Origin: an uncultured delta proteobacterium
GTDB taxonomy: Bacteria; Myxococcota_A; Polyangia; Fen-1088
Assembly: GCA_963767925.1 (NCBI GenBank)
Contig: CAVYGB010000010.1
Location: 1,791,626 to 1,855,625, forward strand
Direction: 5' to 3'
Length of the DNA: 64,000 nt
Below are positions 8,148 through 17,365 of this stretch, one piece after another. The position numbers were made by a program, and so were the translations under genes. Each line of letters begins with the position of its first letter. Position 1 is the stretch's first letter. The notes under the pieces are model-generated. The model saw only the letters and a list, made by a program, of their open reading frames with translations. It made no database searches and was not told the origin of the DNA.

Positions 8148-11072
8148 ATGTCTAAATTCGGTCAGTACCAGCTCCTCGAACGCGTCGCGGTGGGCGGGAT
8201 GGGAGAGGTGTACCGCGCGCGCTCGCTGGGCGAAGAGGGCTTCGAGAAGCCGGTCGCGATCAAGCGCATCTTGCCGAGCTACGCGAGCGACGTCCGCTTC
8301 GTCGAGATGCTGGTGACCGAGGCGCGCATCCACGCGCCCCTCTCGCACCGGAACATCGTGCAGATCCACGACCTGGGGATCTCCGAGGACCACGAATACT
8401 TCATCGTGCTCGAGTTCGTCGACGGGCACGACCTGGGCGCGCTGCTGACCCGGCTGGCCGAGCGGCGCCTGCGCGGCATCGGCCCCTCGCGGGTGCCCGA
8501 CGCGGTGGCGCTGTACATCGCCATCGAGCTCGGCGAGGGCCTGCACTTCGCCCACGAGCAGCGGGACGAGCGGGGCGAGCCGCTCGGCCTGATCCATCGG
8601 GACATCTGCCCCTCGAACGTCCTGCTCTCTTACGCCGGCGAGGTCAAGCTGTCGGACTTCGGGCTGGCCAAGCGGCGCACCGACCATTCCATCGTTGGCT
8701 CGCTCAAGGGGCAGCTCGCGTACATGTCCCCCGAGCAGGCCCGGCGGGCCTCGCTCGACCGGCGCACCGACATCTTCTCGCTGGGGGCGGTGCTGTTCGA
8801 GATGTTGACCGGGCAGTCGCTGCGGACCATCTCCGACGACATCTCGGGCTGGCAGCTCGTGGCCTCGGGCGCGGTGCCGACCCCCCGGCAATGCCGGCCC
8901 GACATCTTGCCCGCGCTCGAGCAACTCCTCGAGGGGGCGCTGGCCCCCGACCCGCGCGACCGGTTTCCCGACGCCCGGGCCTTCGTGGCCGAGGCGCGGG
9001 GGGCGCTGGATCTGCTTCCGCGCTCGCGGGCCGGTGAGGCGGGCGAGCTGACCGCCCTGCTGCGCGGGCTGCTGCCGCCTGGGCGCCCCCGGCCGGCCAA
9101 GGCCCAGTCCAAGGTGATCCGCCTGCTGTCGGAGCTGGCGCTGCCCGCCCCGGCGCCGCCGCCGCCCGCGCCGGCCCGCAAGCGCGAAAGTGGCCCGGTC
9201 TCGAAGTCGCCGCCCCCGGCGGCCGCACCGCCCCCCATCGCCGCCAGCGCGCCCCCGCCGGCCGCCCGGGAGGCGCCCCCGCCCCGCGAGCGCGAGGCGG
9301 GCGCCCCGCGTGAGCGCGAGGCCCCGCCGCCGCGTGAGCGCGAGGCCCCGCCCCCGCGCGAGCGGGAAGAGACGCGCCCGGCCCTGGCGCGCAACCCGGC
9401 GCCGCCCGCTCCCGCCGAGGCGGAAGAGGCTCAGCGCCGGTCGGATGGCGCCTGGCCGGCGTTCCTGGATCTCGTCGCGCCGCCCATCGGGTCGGGTGTG
9501 TCGCCTGCGCCGGTGCCCCGGGCGCCGCCCGCGCCGACCTTCCGCGCGCCGCCCGCGCCGGCACCGGGGCCGCCGACCCCCACGCCGCCGGCCGCGCCCT
9601 GGCCGCCGCCGCTGTATCCGCAGAGCCAGGCGCCACCGGCCGACTCCGAGCCGCTGAGCTCGCTCGAGGAGATCGAGGGGATGGAGGCGCCGCCCCCGCC
9701 GCGGCCACCGCCGGCCCGGAAGTCGGCGTCGATGCCGGTGGTGGCGGCCCGGTCCACGCGCGAGATGGCCGTGCCCGCCCAGGCGCTGCCGCCGCCCAGG
9801 CAGGTGGCTCCGCCGCCCCAGACGCTGCCCCCGCCCAGGCAGGTGGCCCCGCCCCAGACGCTGCCCCCCCGGCCAGCGGCCCCCCCGCCGGCGCCGCCGC
9901 CCCAATCGCTGGCCCCTCCCCCGCTGGCGATGCCCGCGCCCCCGCCCCAGATGCAGCCGCCCCCGATGTTGCCGCCCCCCCAGGCGATGCCGGCGCCGGC
10001 GTTCGTTGCGCAGCAGCCACCCCCGCCGCCCTACCAGCCCCAGCCGCCGCCACCACCGCCCCAGTATCAGCCGCAGCCGTACCAGCCGCCGCCGCCGCAG
10101 ATGATTCAGCCGCAGTACCAGCCGCCGCAGTACCAGCAGCAACCGCCGCAGTACCAGCCGCCGCAGTACCAGCAACCGCCGCCGCAGATGATGCCCCAGT
10201 ACCAGCAGCCGCAGATGATGCCGCCGCAGTACCAGCAGCAGCCCGAGATGTCGGAGGAGGCGCTGACCTCCGACGAGATGATCCAGATGCAGGAGCTGTC
10301 GCCGCTCGAGCAGATGCCCCCGCTCGAGACCCCGCCCCCCATGATGATGGGGCCCGGTCCCAGCGGCGGGCCAGCCTGGCAACCCCAGCTCGAGATGCAG
10401 GGGCAGCCTGACGGACCGCACGACGGCATGGGCCAGCACGACGGCATGCCGGACGGCCAGCACCTCGGTGACAGCGCCGGCATGCAAGACGGCCAGCAAC
10501 TCGGTCAAGACGACGGCATGCAAGACGGCCAGCACCCTGGTCAGGACGATGACGGGCAGGCCTGGACCTACCCCGACCAGCCGCCCGGCATGCAGGAGGT
10601 GTCTGCCTACGCCATGGGCAACGGGTACCCGACGCCGGCGGGCGAGCCGGTGTCCCTGCTGCAGCGGCTGCGGTTCCTCGGGATCGTCGTGGGCGCGCTG
10701 GCAGCAATTGTCGCCGGCGTGCACTTCGGGTACGTGCCGCTCGACGTGCTGGCCGTCTGGCGCCGGCCCGCGCGCCTCGAGGTGGACAGCGTCCCCGCCG
10801 GCGCCGAGGTGTTCATCGACGGCCGCCGCCTCTCGGCCCGCACGCCCACCTTCACCGACGTCGTGCGGGACACGGCCCCTCACATCGTCGAGGTTCGCCT
10901 GGAGGGCTTCCAGACCGAGCGCCAGCGCATCTACTACTCCAAGACCGTCGAGCTGGACGTGTCGGTGCCGCTGACCCCCGCCGCCGGCCCCGAGGTCGAG
11001 ACCACCGCGCCGCGGCCGGGGGCCCGGGCCCGCCGGGCGCCCAATCCCGCGCGCGGGACCCCCGCACCCTGA
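8148..11072 (+). CDS. Ser/Thr protein kinase with long Pro/Gln-rich linker, TM helix and C-terminal PEGA domain
   Basis: GGMGEVY, VAIK, HRDICPSN, DFG, YMSPEQ; C-terminal VDSVPAGAEVFIDG. Confidence 0.92.
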   Translation: MSKFGQYQLLERVAVGGMGEVYRARSLGEEGFEKPVAIKRILPSYASDVRFVEMLVTEARIHAPLSHRNIVQIHDLGISEDHEYFIVLEFVDGHDLGALLTRLAERRLRGIGPSRVPDAVALYIAIELGEGLHFAHEQRDERGEPLGLIHRDICPSNVLLSYAGEVKLSDFGLAKRRTDHSIVGSLKGQLAYMSPEQARRASLDRRTDIFSLGAVLFEMLTGQSLRTISDDISGWQLVASGAVPTPRQCRPDILPALEQLLEGALAPDPRDRFPDARAFVAEARGALDLLPRSRAGEAGELTALLRGLLPPGRPRPAKAQSKVIRLLSELALPAPAPPPPAPARKRESGPVSKSPPPAAAPPPIAASAPPPAAREAPPPREREAGAPREREAPPPREREAPPPREREETRPALARNPAPPAPAEAEEAQRRSDGAWPAFLDLVAPPIGSGVSPAPVPRAPPAPTFRAPPAPAPGPPTPTPPAAPWPPPLYPQSQAPPADSEPLSSLEEIEGMEAPPPPRPPPARKSASMPVVAARSTREMAVPAQALPPPRQVAPPPQTLPPPRQVAPPQTLPPRPAAPPPAPPPQSLAPPPLAMPAPPPQMQPPPMLPPPQAMPAPAFVAQQPPPPPYQPQPPPPPPQYQPQPYQPPPPQMIQPQYQPPQYQQQPPQYQPPQYQQPPPQMMPQYQQPQMMPPQYQQQPEMSEEALTSDEMIQMQELSPLEQMPPLETPPPMMMGPGPSGGPAWQPQLEMQGQPDGPHDGMGQHDGMPDGQHLGDSAGMQDGQQLGQDDGMQDGQHPGQDDDGQAWTYPDQPPGMQEVSAYAMGNGYPTPAGEPVSLLQRLRFLGIVVGALAAIVAGVHFGYVPLDVLAVWRRPARLEVDSVPAGAEVFIDGRRLSARTPTFTDVVRDTAPHIVEVRLEGFQTERQRIYYSKTVELDVSVPLTPAAGPEVETTAPRPGARARRAPNPARGTPAP

Positions 11073-11078
11073 GCCCGC

Positions 11079-11474
11079 TCAGCGCGGAGGGGGCGGCGTC
11101 GGCGAGGGGCCCGGTGAGGCCGGCTCGCCCGCCGCGCTGACCGCGTCCGGCTCGTCCCGCCGGCGCAAGGTCTCGCGCGCGGTCGTCGGCCCGCGCACCA
11201 CCAGGTGGGGCCGCAACCGCCGCACCGTCTTGGGGCCGATGCCCTTGACGCGGGCGAGCTCCTCGACGGTGCGGAAGGCGTTCTGCTGGCGGTAGGCGGC
11301 GATCCGGCGGGCCTTGGCCGGGCCCACCCCGGGCAACAGCTCCAGCTCGTCCAGCGAGGCGGTGTTGATGTTCACGACGCCCTCGAGCCGCGGCGCCGCC
11401 CCCGCCGTCCGGGCGGACGGGGCGAGCGCGAGCAGCCCACACAGGCCGATCAGCAACGGGAAGGTCCTGGCCAT
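11079..11474 (-). CDS. ComEA-family helix-hairpin-helix DNA-binding protein
   Basis: Signal peptide; VNINTAS..EL..LPGVGPAKA…L.RVKGIGPKT. Confidence 0.88.
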   Translation of the reverse strand: MARTFPLLIGLCGLLALAPSARTAGAAPRLEGVVNINTASLDELELLPGVGPAKARRIAAYRQQNAFRTVEELARVKGIGPKTVRRLRPHLVVRGPTTARETLRRRDEPDAVSAAGEPASPGPSPTPPPPR

Positions 11475-11579
11475 GGCCAGCTTTTCGGCGCCCGCGTGCC
11501 AGCGTTGCGCGGAATCGCCGCTGCCCCCGGGACAACAATCACTGGCGGGGCCCCCCCGGGATGGGGCATCGTTCCGCCG

Positions 11580-12893
11580 ATGAGTGCCTTCGTCGAGGCG
11601 TTCCGGAGCAAGCGGGTCGCGCTCTGCATCGCGCTCGGGTTCGCCGCGGGGCTGCCCTTTTCCATGCGCGGGACCACCCTGTCCGCCTGGATGACGAACG
11701 CGGGGGTCAACCTCAAGACCATCGGCCTTTACACCTGGATCGGCCTGTTCTTCACCCTCAAGCCGCTGTGGGCGCCGCTGATCGATCGCTACACCGTGCC
11801 CCTGCTGGGCCGGCGGCGCGGCTGGATGTTGCTCTGCCAGCTCGGGCTGATGATCTCCATCGCCGCCATGGGCACCATCGATCCCCGGATGGCGCCGGCC
11901 GCCCTGGCCGGCCTGGTGGCGGTCACCACCTTCCTGACGGCCACCCACGACATCGCCAACGACGCTTACCGGGCCGACATGCTCCGGAGCAACGAGCGGG
12001 CCTCGGGCAGCGCCATGTACACCATGGGCTACCGGGTGGCCACCATCGTGGCCGGCGCCGGCGCCCTCGTGCTGTCCGACCACATCCCCTGGTCGACCGT
12101 CTACCCGGTGATGGCCACCCTGATGATCGTGGGGGTCATCGCCACCTGGCAAGCGCCCGAGCCGGAGGCGGTCCCCGCCCCGCGCACGGTGCGGGACGCG
12201 GTGGTCAAGCCGCTGGTCGACCTGTTCTCGCGCAAGGGCTCGGGCGCCGCCATCGCCTTCGTCATGCTCTACAAGTTCGGCGACTTCATGGCCGCCGACC
12301 TCATCACCCCCTTCCTCATCCAGACCGGCTTCTCCAACACCGAGATCGCCGGCGTGCTCAAGGTGATGGGCATGATCGCCACCATCGTCGGCGTCGTGCT
12401 CGGGGGCGGCGTGGTGGCGGTGCTGGGCGTGCACCGATCGCTGCTGATCTTCGGGGTGCTGCAGGCCCTCATGAACTCGGGGTACCTGGCGCTGTCGATC
12501 TACGGCAAGAGCCACCTGCTGCTTGTCGTGGCCATCAGCGCCGACTGGTTCTGCGCCGGCGCCGGGCAGGCCGCCTTCTCCGCCTACCTGCTGTCGCTGT
12601 GTAGCAAGCGCTTCTCCGCCACCCAGTACGCCCTCATCGCCTCGGCCTCGACGGTGCTGGGCCGGCTGATCGGCGGGGTGGGCGGCTTCATCGTCGAGGG
12701 GGGCGGCTGGCCGGTCTACTTCATCATCACGATGGTTGTCGCGATCCCCGGCCTGCTGCTCATCCTGTTCGGCGGGCTGCAGCGGGCGGTCGCCGTCGAG
12801 CCGGCCCCCGCGCCCGCGGCACCTCCGGCGCCGGAGACGGAAAAGGGGGCCGGGCCGCCGGCTCCCCCGGGCGGCCCACCCCCACCGGCCTGA
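11580..12893 (+). CDS. ampG: AmpG-family muropeptide MFS transporter
   Basis: LGFAAGLPF, KPLWAPLIDRY..PLLGRRRGW, LYKFGD, ATQYAL. Confidence 0.88.
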   Translation: MSAFVEAFRSKRVALCIALGFAAGLPFSMRGTTLSAWMTNAGVNLKTIGLYTWIGLFFTLKPLWAPLIDRYTVPLLGRRRGWMLLCQLGLMISIAAMGTIDPRMAPAALAGLVAVTTFLTATHDIANDAYRADMLRSNERASGSAMYTMGYRVATIVAGAGALVLSDHIPWSTVYPVMATLMIVGVIATWQAPEPEAVPAPRTVRDAVVKPLVDLFSRKGSGAAIAFVMLYKFGDFMAADLITPFLIQTGFSNTEIAGVLKVMGMIATIVGVVLGGGVVAVLGVHRSLLIFGVLQALMNSGYLALSIYGKSHLLLVVAISADWFCAGAGQAAFSAYLLSLCSKRFSATQYALIASASTVLGRLIGGVGGFIVEGGGWPVYFIITMVVAIPGLLLILFGGLQRAVAVEPAPAPAAPPAPETEKGAGPPAPPGGPPPPA

Positions 12894-12905
12894 TCGCCCG
12901 CGCGC

Positions 12906-13370
12906 TCAGCGGGCGCGCGGCGCGCAGAACCCGACCGTGGCCGGCACCGGCGTGATCGCCTTGCTGCCGTGCTGGCCCGAGGGGCGGCACTCGTATTCGT
13001 CGCGGCAGTCGCCGTTGTTCTTGCAGCGGAGCAGGCAGCGCCGCTGCTCGGAGGCGCGCGGCGCGCACCAGCCCGACTCGAGGCAGAGCTCGTGGGGATC
13101 GCAGGTGCTGGCCCGGCCGAACACACAGGTGTCGGTGAGGAACTCCTCGGCCGGGAAGAACTGGATGCAGGTCGCCTCCTCCGGGCAGGAGGTCTCGTCG
13201 CAGCCGTCGATGGTGCAGTACCCGCCGGGCTGCGAGATGTCGCAGGTCTTCGTGTCGTCCTCATCGTTGCAATCGAACTGGGTCTTGCACTCGTCGCCGA
13301 TCTTCCGGCCACACGCCCAGAGCAGCGGCAGCAGACAGCCCGCCACGAGGACCTGCATCGTTCGTTTCAC
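12906..13370 (-). CDS. Cys-rich lipoprotein
   Basis: Lipobox-like LWAC; PGGYCTIDGC…CP motif; many Cys. Confidence 0.75.
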   Translation of the reverse strand: MKRTMQVLVAGCLLPLLWACGRKIGDECKTQFDCNDEDDTKTCDISQPGGYCTIDGCDETSCPEEATCIQFFPAEEFLTDTCVFGRASTCDPHELCLESGWCAPRASEQRRCLLRCKNNGDCRDEYECRPSGQHGSKAITPVPATVGFCAPRAR

Positions 13371-13610
13371 AGCGGGGGTTTTACCCGGTCGGCGCCCCGG
13401 CCGGCCAGTGTCGGGCGTCTCCCAGGATTGTCCGAAGTTCCCGGTCGAGTCGGCCCACTTCATGCAGCTCTCAAGGGTCGAAGCCCACGTCGGGCGAGAA
13501 CTGCTCCTCGGACCGCCGCAGAAATCAAAGAAATCCGATGGTTACTGCGGGTCAGCGAAGAGGAAACAGAAACTCGGCCGGTTAGGGTTTCGATACCGAC
13601 GACCCTCCTG

Positions 13611-13677
13611 ACTGGGTCAGCCCGTCCCCTTGGACCCCCTGAGGACGCGTTATTACGGGCTGACCCAGTTTTTTTTT
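13611..13677 (+). terminator. Intrinsic terminator-like hairpin (15-bp perfect stem, T9 tail), possibly the 3' end of an sRNA
   Basis: actgggtcagcccgt (13611-13625) pairs with acgggctgacccagt (13655-13669); T run to 13677. Confidence 0.75.
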
Positions 13678-13738
13678 GGCCGCTCTGCTGCCGAGAGCCG
13701 CCGCCCGACCGGACCCGCGCAAGGCTGACACGGACGCG

Positions 13739-14548
13739 CTAGCGGATCAGGGCCCCGAGGAGCATGGTCAGCAGGAATCCGGTGATCACCCCAGCCGAGG
13801 CTGTCCCCTCGTGACCGTGGCTGTGTGACTCGGGGATGATCTCGTTGGAGGTCACGTAGATCAGCGTGCCTCCCGCCAGCGCCAGCACGAACGGCAGGGC
13901 GGGCAGCGCCACCCCGGACAGGAGGTAGCCGATCGCGGCGCCCAGCGGGACGACCATCCCGGTGGCGCTCACCAGCAGCAAGCTGCGGGTGGCCGACAGG
14001 CCCCCCTGCCGCAGCGGCGCGCCCATCACCATCCCCTCGCAGATGTTCTGCAGCCCGACCGCCACGCTGAGCAGCAGCCCGAGGCGGTTCTCCGGCACCG
14101 CGAAGCCAGCGCCGATAGCCAGCCCCTCGGGCAGGCGGTGGATGCTGATCGCCCCGAGCAGAAAATACGAGCGGCGCACCGGCGGGGCATGGTCGTGGTG
14201 GCGGTGGCCGGGCTCGCCGTGGGCGGCGTGGTGGGAGAGGTGGTGGTGGTGGCCCCGGGCGTGGCCATGGGGGATGAGCCGGTCCATCGCCACCGCGATG
14301 ACCACCCCGGCGACGAACCCGGTGGCCACGATCGTCAGGTGCGTGAGATCGACGCCGGCCGGCCCCTGCACCCCCTCGAGCGCCTCGGACAGCAAGCCCA
14401 GGGTGGCCGCCGCCAGCATGAGCCCGGCGCCCAGGCCGAGCACGCCGTCGTAGGCCCGGCGGGGGAGCTGCCGGAAGAAGACGAACGGCACGGCGCCCAG
14501 GCCGGTGGCCAGCCCGGTGAGCAATGCCGCGGTCAGCGCTTCGCGCAT
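13739..14548 (-). CDS. ZIP-family divalent metal transporter with His-rich loop
   Basis: AGLMLAA, H-rich loop, IHRLPEGLAIG, QNICEG, EIIPESH. Confidence 0.92.
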   Translation of the reverse strand: MREALTAALLTGLATGLGAVPFVFFRQLPRRAYDGVLGLGAGLMLAAATLGLLSEALEGVQGPAGVDLTHLTIVATGFVAGVVIAVAMDRLIPHGHARGHHHHLSHHAAHGEPGHRHHDHAPPVRRSYFLLGAISIHRLPEGLAIGAGFAVPENRLGLLLSVAVGLQNICEGMVMGAPLRQGGLSATRSLLLVSATGMVVPLGAAIGYLLSGVALPALPFVLALAGGTLIYVTSNEIIPESHSHGHEGTASAGVITGFLLTMLLGALIR

Positions 14549-14594
14549 CGGCGGTTTCTATCACGGACGCCGGATCGGACCGGCGGCGGCGGGG

Positions 14595-15617
14595 TCAGGT
14601 CGACTCGATGTCGGTCAGCGAGAGCTGCATGATCTCGCTCTCGGCCCGGTCCCGGCGGCCGCCCGGACCCACGATGGCCCGGACCTGGGTGACGGCCTGG
14701 GCCAGCACGGTCTGGGTGTCGGCGGGGGCAGCGGCCGTGGCCAGGACCGAGGCCAGCGCCTGGGCCATGGCCCGCGCCGAGGAGAACCGGGCCGTGGGGC
14801 GGGCGGCCAGCGCCTGCTGCACCACCTGGATCAGGCGGGGCGGCAGATCCTGGCGCTCGCGATCGAGGGGGGCGATCTGGGCGAGCTGCACTTTGCGCAG
14901 GATCTCGGCGTCGTTGGCCCCGGCGTAAAGGGGCCGGCCGGCCAGCGTCTCCCACAACACGACGCCCATGCCGAAGAGGTCCGAGTAGATCGAGACCGGG
15001 TCGCCGCGCAGGAGCTCGGGCGCGAGGTAGCCGATCTTGCCCTTGACGATGCCGGGGGCGGTCAGGCTGTGGGCCCGGTCCCGGGCCCGGGACAGGCCGA
15101 AGTCGGCCAGCTTGATGAGCCCGTTGATGCCCAGCATGATGTTGCTGGGCGTGATGTCCCGGTGGATCACCGGGGCGGGCGCGCCGGTGACGCTGATGCG
15201 CTCGTGGGCCGCCGCCAGGCCGCGCAGGGCTCCCACCGCGATGGCCACCACCAGGGGCCAGGCGATCATGCGCCCCTGCTGGCGGAAATAGCCGGCGAAG
15301 CCGCGCAGGTCGAGCCCCTCGACCCACTCCATCACGAGGCAATACAGGCCGTCGCTGTCCTGGCAGAAGTCGAAGACCTGCACGATGTTCGGGTGGGCCA
15401 GCTCGGCGCCGACCCGCGCCTCCTCGACGAACATGGCGGCGTAGACCTGCCCGCGCAGCAGCTCGGGCTTCATCCGCTTGACCGCCACCGGCTTGGTGAA
15501 GCCGGCGGCGCCGCGCATCTCGGCCCGCCAGACGATGGCCATCCCGCCCTCGCCCACCTGCTCGAGGAGGTGGTAACGGCCCCCCACCACTTTCGGCTGC
15601 GCGCTCGGCTGTCCCAC
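14595..15617 (-). CDS. Ser/Thr protein kinase
   Basis: GEGGMA, VAVK, HRDITPSN, DFG, YLAPE. Confidence 0.93.
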   Translation of the reverse strand: MGQPSAQPKVVGGRYHLLEQVGEGGMAIVWRAEMRGAAGFTKPVAVKRMKPELLRGQVYAAMFVEEARVGAELAHPNIVQVFDFCQDSDGLYCLVMEWVEGLDLRGFAGYFRQQGRMIAWPLVVAIAVGALRGLAAAHERISVTGAPAPVIHRDITPSNIMLGINGLIKLADFGLSRARDRAHSLTAPGIVKGKIGYLAPELLRGDPVSIYSDLFGMGVVLWETLAGRPLYAGANDAEILRKVQLAQIAPLDRERQDLPPRLIQVVQQALAARPTARFSSARAMAQALASVLATAAAPADTQTVLAQAVTQVRAIVGPGGRRDRAESEIMQLSLTDIEST

Positions 15618-15667
15618 GCGCAGGAAGTATAGCCCTCGCTCTCGCTCGGGGACGCTAAACTGCCCGG

Positions 15668-16159
15668 GTGGCGATTGCGTACATCGCGCTCGGGTCCAAC
15701 CTCGGCGATCGGCGGGGCTACCTGGCGGCCGCCGCCGAGGCGCTGGCGGCGGCCGGGGCGGTCGCGGTGCAGAGCAAGAGTCCCCTTTACGAGACCGAGC
15801 CGGTGGCCGATCACCCGCAGCCCCGCTACCTGAACGCCGTGGTGCGGGTGGCGACCGAGCTACCGCCCCGGGCGCTGCTGGACCTCTGCCTCGAGGTGGA
15901 GCGCGGGCTGGGGCGGCAGCGCCCGCCCGGACGCACGCAGGCCGCGCGCCTCATCGACCTCGACCTGTTGCTGTACGGCGCGCGGGTGCTGGACGAGCCC
16001 GGGCTGCAGGTGCCCCACCCCGCCCTGCTGACCCGGCCCTTCGTGCGCATCCCGCTGGCCCGGGTGGCGACCCGGGGGCTGCGCCACCCGCTCGGCGGCG
16101 AGCCCCTCGACGGCGCTCCCGAGCACCCCGACGTGCGCGAGCAGCCCGGGACCTGGTGA
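15668..16159 (+). CDS. folK: 2-amino-4-hydroxy-6-hydroxymethyldihydropteridine diphosphokinase
   Basis: AYIALGSNLGD, YETEP, RLIDLDLLLYG, VPHP. Confidence 0.95.
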   Translation: MAIAYIALGSNLGDRRGYLAAAAEALAAAGAVAVQSKSPLYETEPVADHPQPRYLNAVVRVATELPPRALLDLCLEVERGLGRQRPPGRTQAARLIDLDLLLYGARVLDEPGLQVPHPALLTRPFVRIPLARVATRGLRHPLGGEPLDGAPEHPDVREQPGTW

Positions 16160-16166
16160 GCGCCGC

Positions 16167-17099
16167 TCAGGTTGCGCTGGCGAGCGGGTGGAGCGCGCTG
16201 CTGGACAGCTCGGCGGGCGGTGGGCTGCGGCGCGGTCCCGCCCGGACGGCGGCCAGCAAGCCGAGCGGGCCGGGCGGCTGCGGGCCGGCGAAGAGCACCT
16301 CCTCGCCGGGGGTCTCCTCGATCAGCGCCGGGTGAAAGCTCCGGTTGCGGCAGCAACGGGCGGCGTCGGCCGCCCACTCGGGCGGATCGGCGGGCGACAG
16401 GAAGCGGCCGCCCTCCACCGCCAGCAGCAGGTGGGCCGAGAGCAGCGAGGTCCGCAGCGCCTCGGTCCGCCCGGCCTCGGGGTCGCCCCCTTCGCTCAGG
16501 TTCTCGATGCGGACCTGGACCCGGTAGAGCCAGCGGCTCGGTAGCAGGCACTCGGAGAAGACGCGCACCGCCCCGACCAGGGACCGCATGTCGCACAGGA
16601 TGCGGCCGGCGATCGAGCCGTCGTGGTCGCGCCACAGCTCGATCTCCTCGCCGGCGGGCGCCTGGAACGCGCGGGTGACGGCGTCACCCGGAGCCAGGTC
16701 GGTCAAGGGCGCGTCGATCTCCACCTCGCGGACCAGGCCCTCGTCCCAGGTGGGCGCGAGCCGCGTCTCGGCGCCCACCCGCCGCTCCACCTCGCGCCGG
16801 CGGAGCTGGAGGAACCGGAACTGGCCGCTGAGGCGGGCCGCCCCCTCCGCCTGCATCAGGAAGAACACATCGACCTGGGCGGCGTCGCCGCCGTTCATCT
16901 CCGACCAGCGCGGCGGCCCCAGCACGCCGGCCTGCCCACCGAGGTGGTGGCGCGGCGCCGACACGCGGAGCGGATTGACGTGACAGCCCTCGAGCATCAG
17001 CGCGTCGGCTACCGGGCGGGTGCGCAGGAAGCGCCGGTCCTCGGCGCTGGCGAACCGGAGCGCGCCCACCGCGCCAGCCGAGGTCACCTGCCCGTCCAT
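16167..17099 (-). CDS. Conserved hypothetical protein resembling an accessory protein of actinobacterial-type (group 1h) [NiFe]-hydrogenase clusters
   Basis: VADALMLEG, FRFLQL, WDEG, SLLSAHLLLAVEGGRFLS..DPP…CRN motifs (recognised from memory). Confidence 0.5.
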   Translation of the reverse strand: MDGQVTSAGAVGALRFASAEDRRFLRTRPVADALMLEGCHVNPLRVSAPRHHLGGQAGVLGPPRWSEMNGGDAAQVDVFFLMQAEGAARLSGQFRFLQLRRREVERRVGAETRLAPTWDEGLVREVEIDAPLTDLAPGDAVTRAFQAPAGEEIELWRDHDGSIAGRILCDMRSLVGAVRVFSECLLPSRWLYRVQVRIENLSEGGDPEAGRTEALRTSLLSAHLLLAVEGGRFLSPADPPEWAADAARCCRNRSFHPALIEETPGEEVLFAGPQPPGPLGLLAAVRAGPRRSPPPAELSSSALHPLASAT

Positions 17100-17365
17100 G
17101 GCGTCAACAGTCGGTCGATGGGCCTCGCTTTTCAATCCAGGGATCGCGGAGGCGAGCGGAAGACGCGGTTCCCCTGATGGGCGCAGCTCCGCCTCTCTCT
17201 CACCCGGCTGCGCGCGAGCCGCGCCCGACGTGACCCGCGCGGTCCGCGAGGTGGGCAGGCGCGCACAGCGAGCGGGGCCAACGGACCGCCCCACCCACAT
17301 CCGAGCCGGCGCGACCCAGCTCCTGGTTTCACAGTATACACCGTAATGCGTGATACTATTGATAC

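Noticed and set aside
8091..10883. Long antisense ORFs (also 2137-4659, 17132-19438, 4094-5824 and many others)
   Set aside because: Shadow ORFs caused by high GC and strong codon bias opposite well-supported genes.
6937..12893. Peptidoglycan-recycling system (serine hydrolase + ampG + ComEA + kinase)
   Set aside because: The genes alternate strands and share no visible regulatory motif; proximity alone is not enough.
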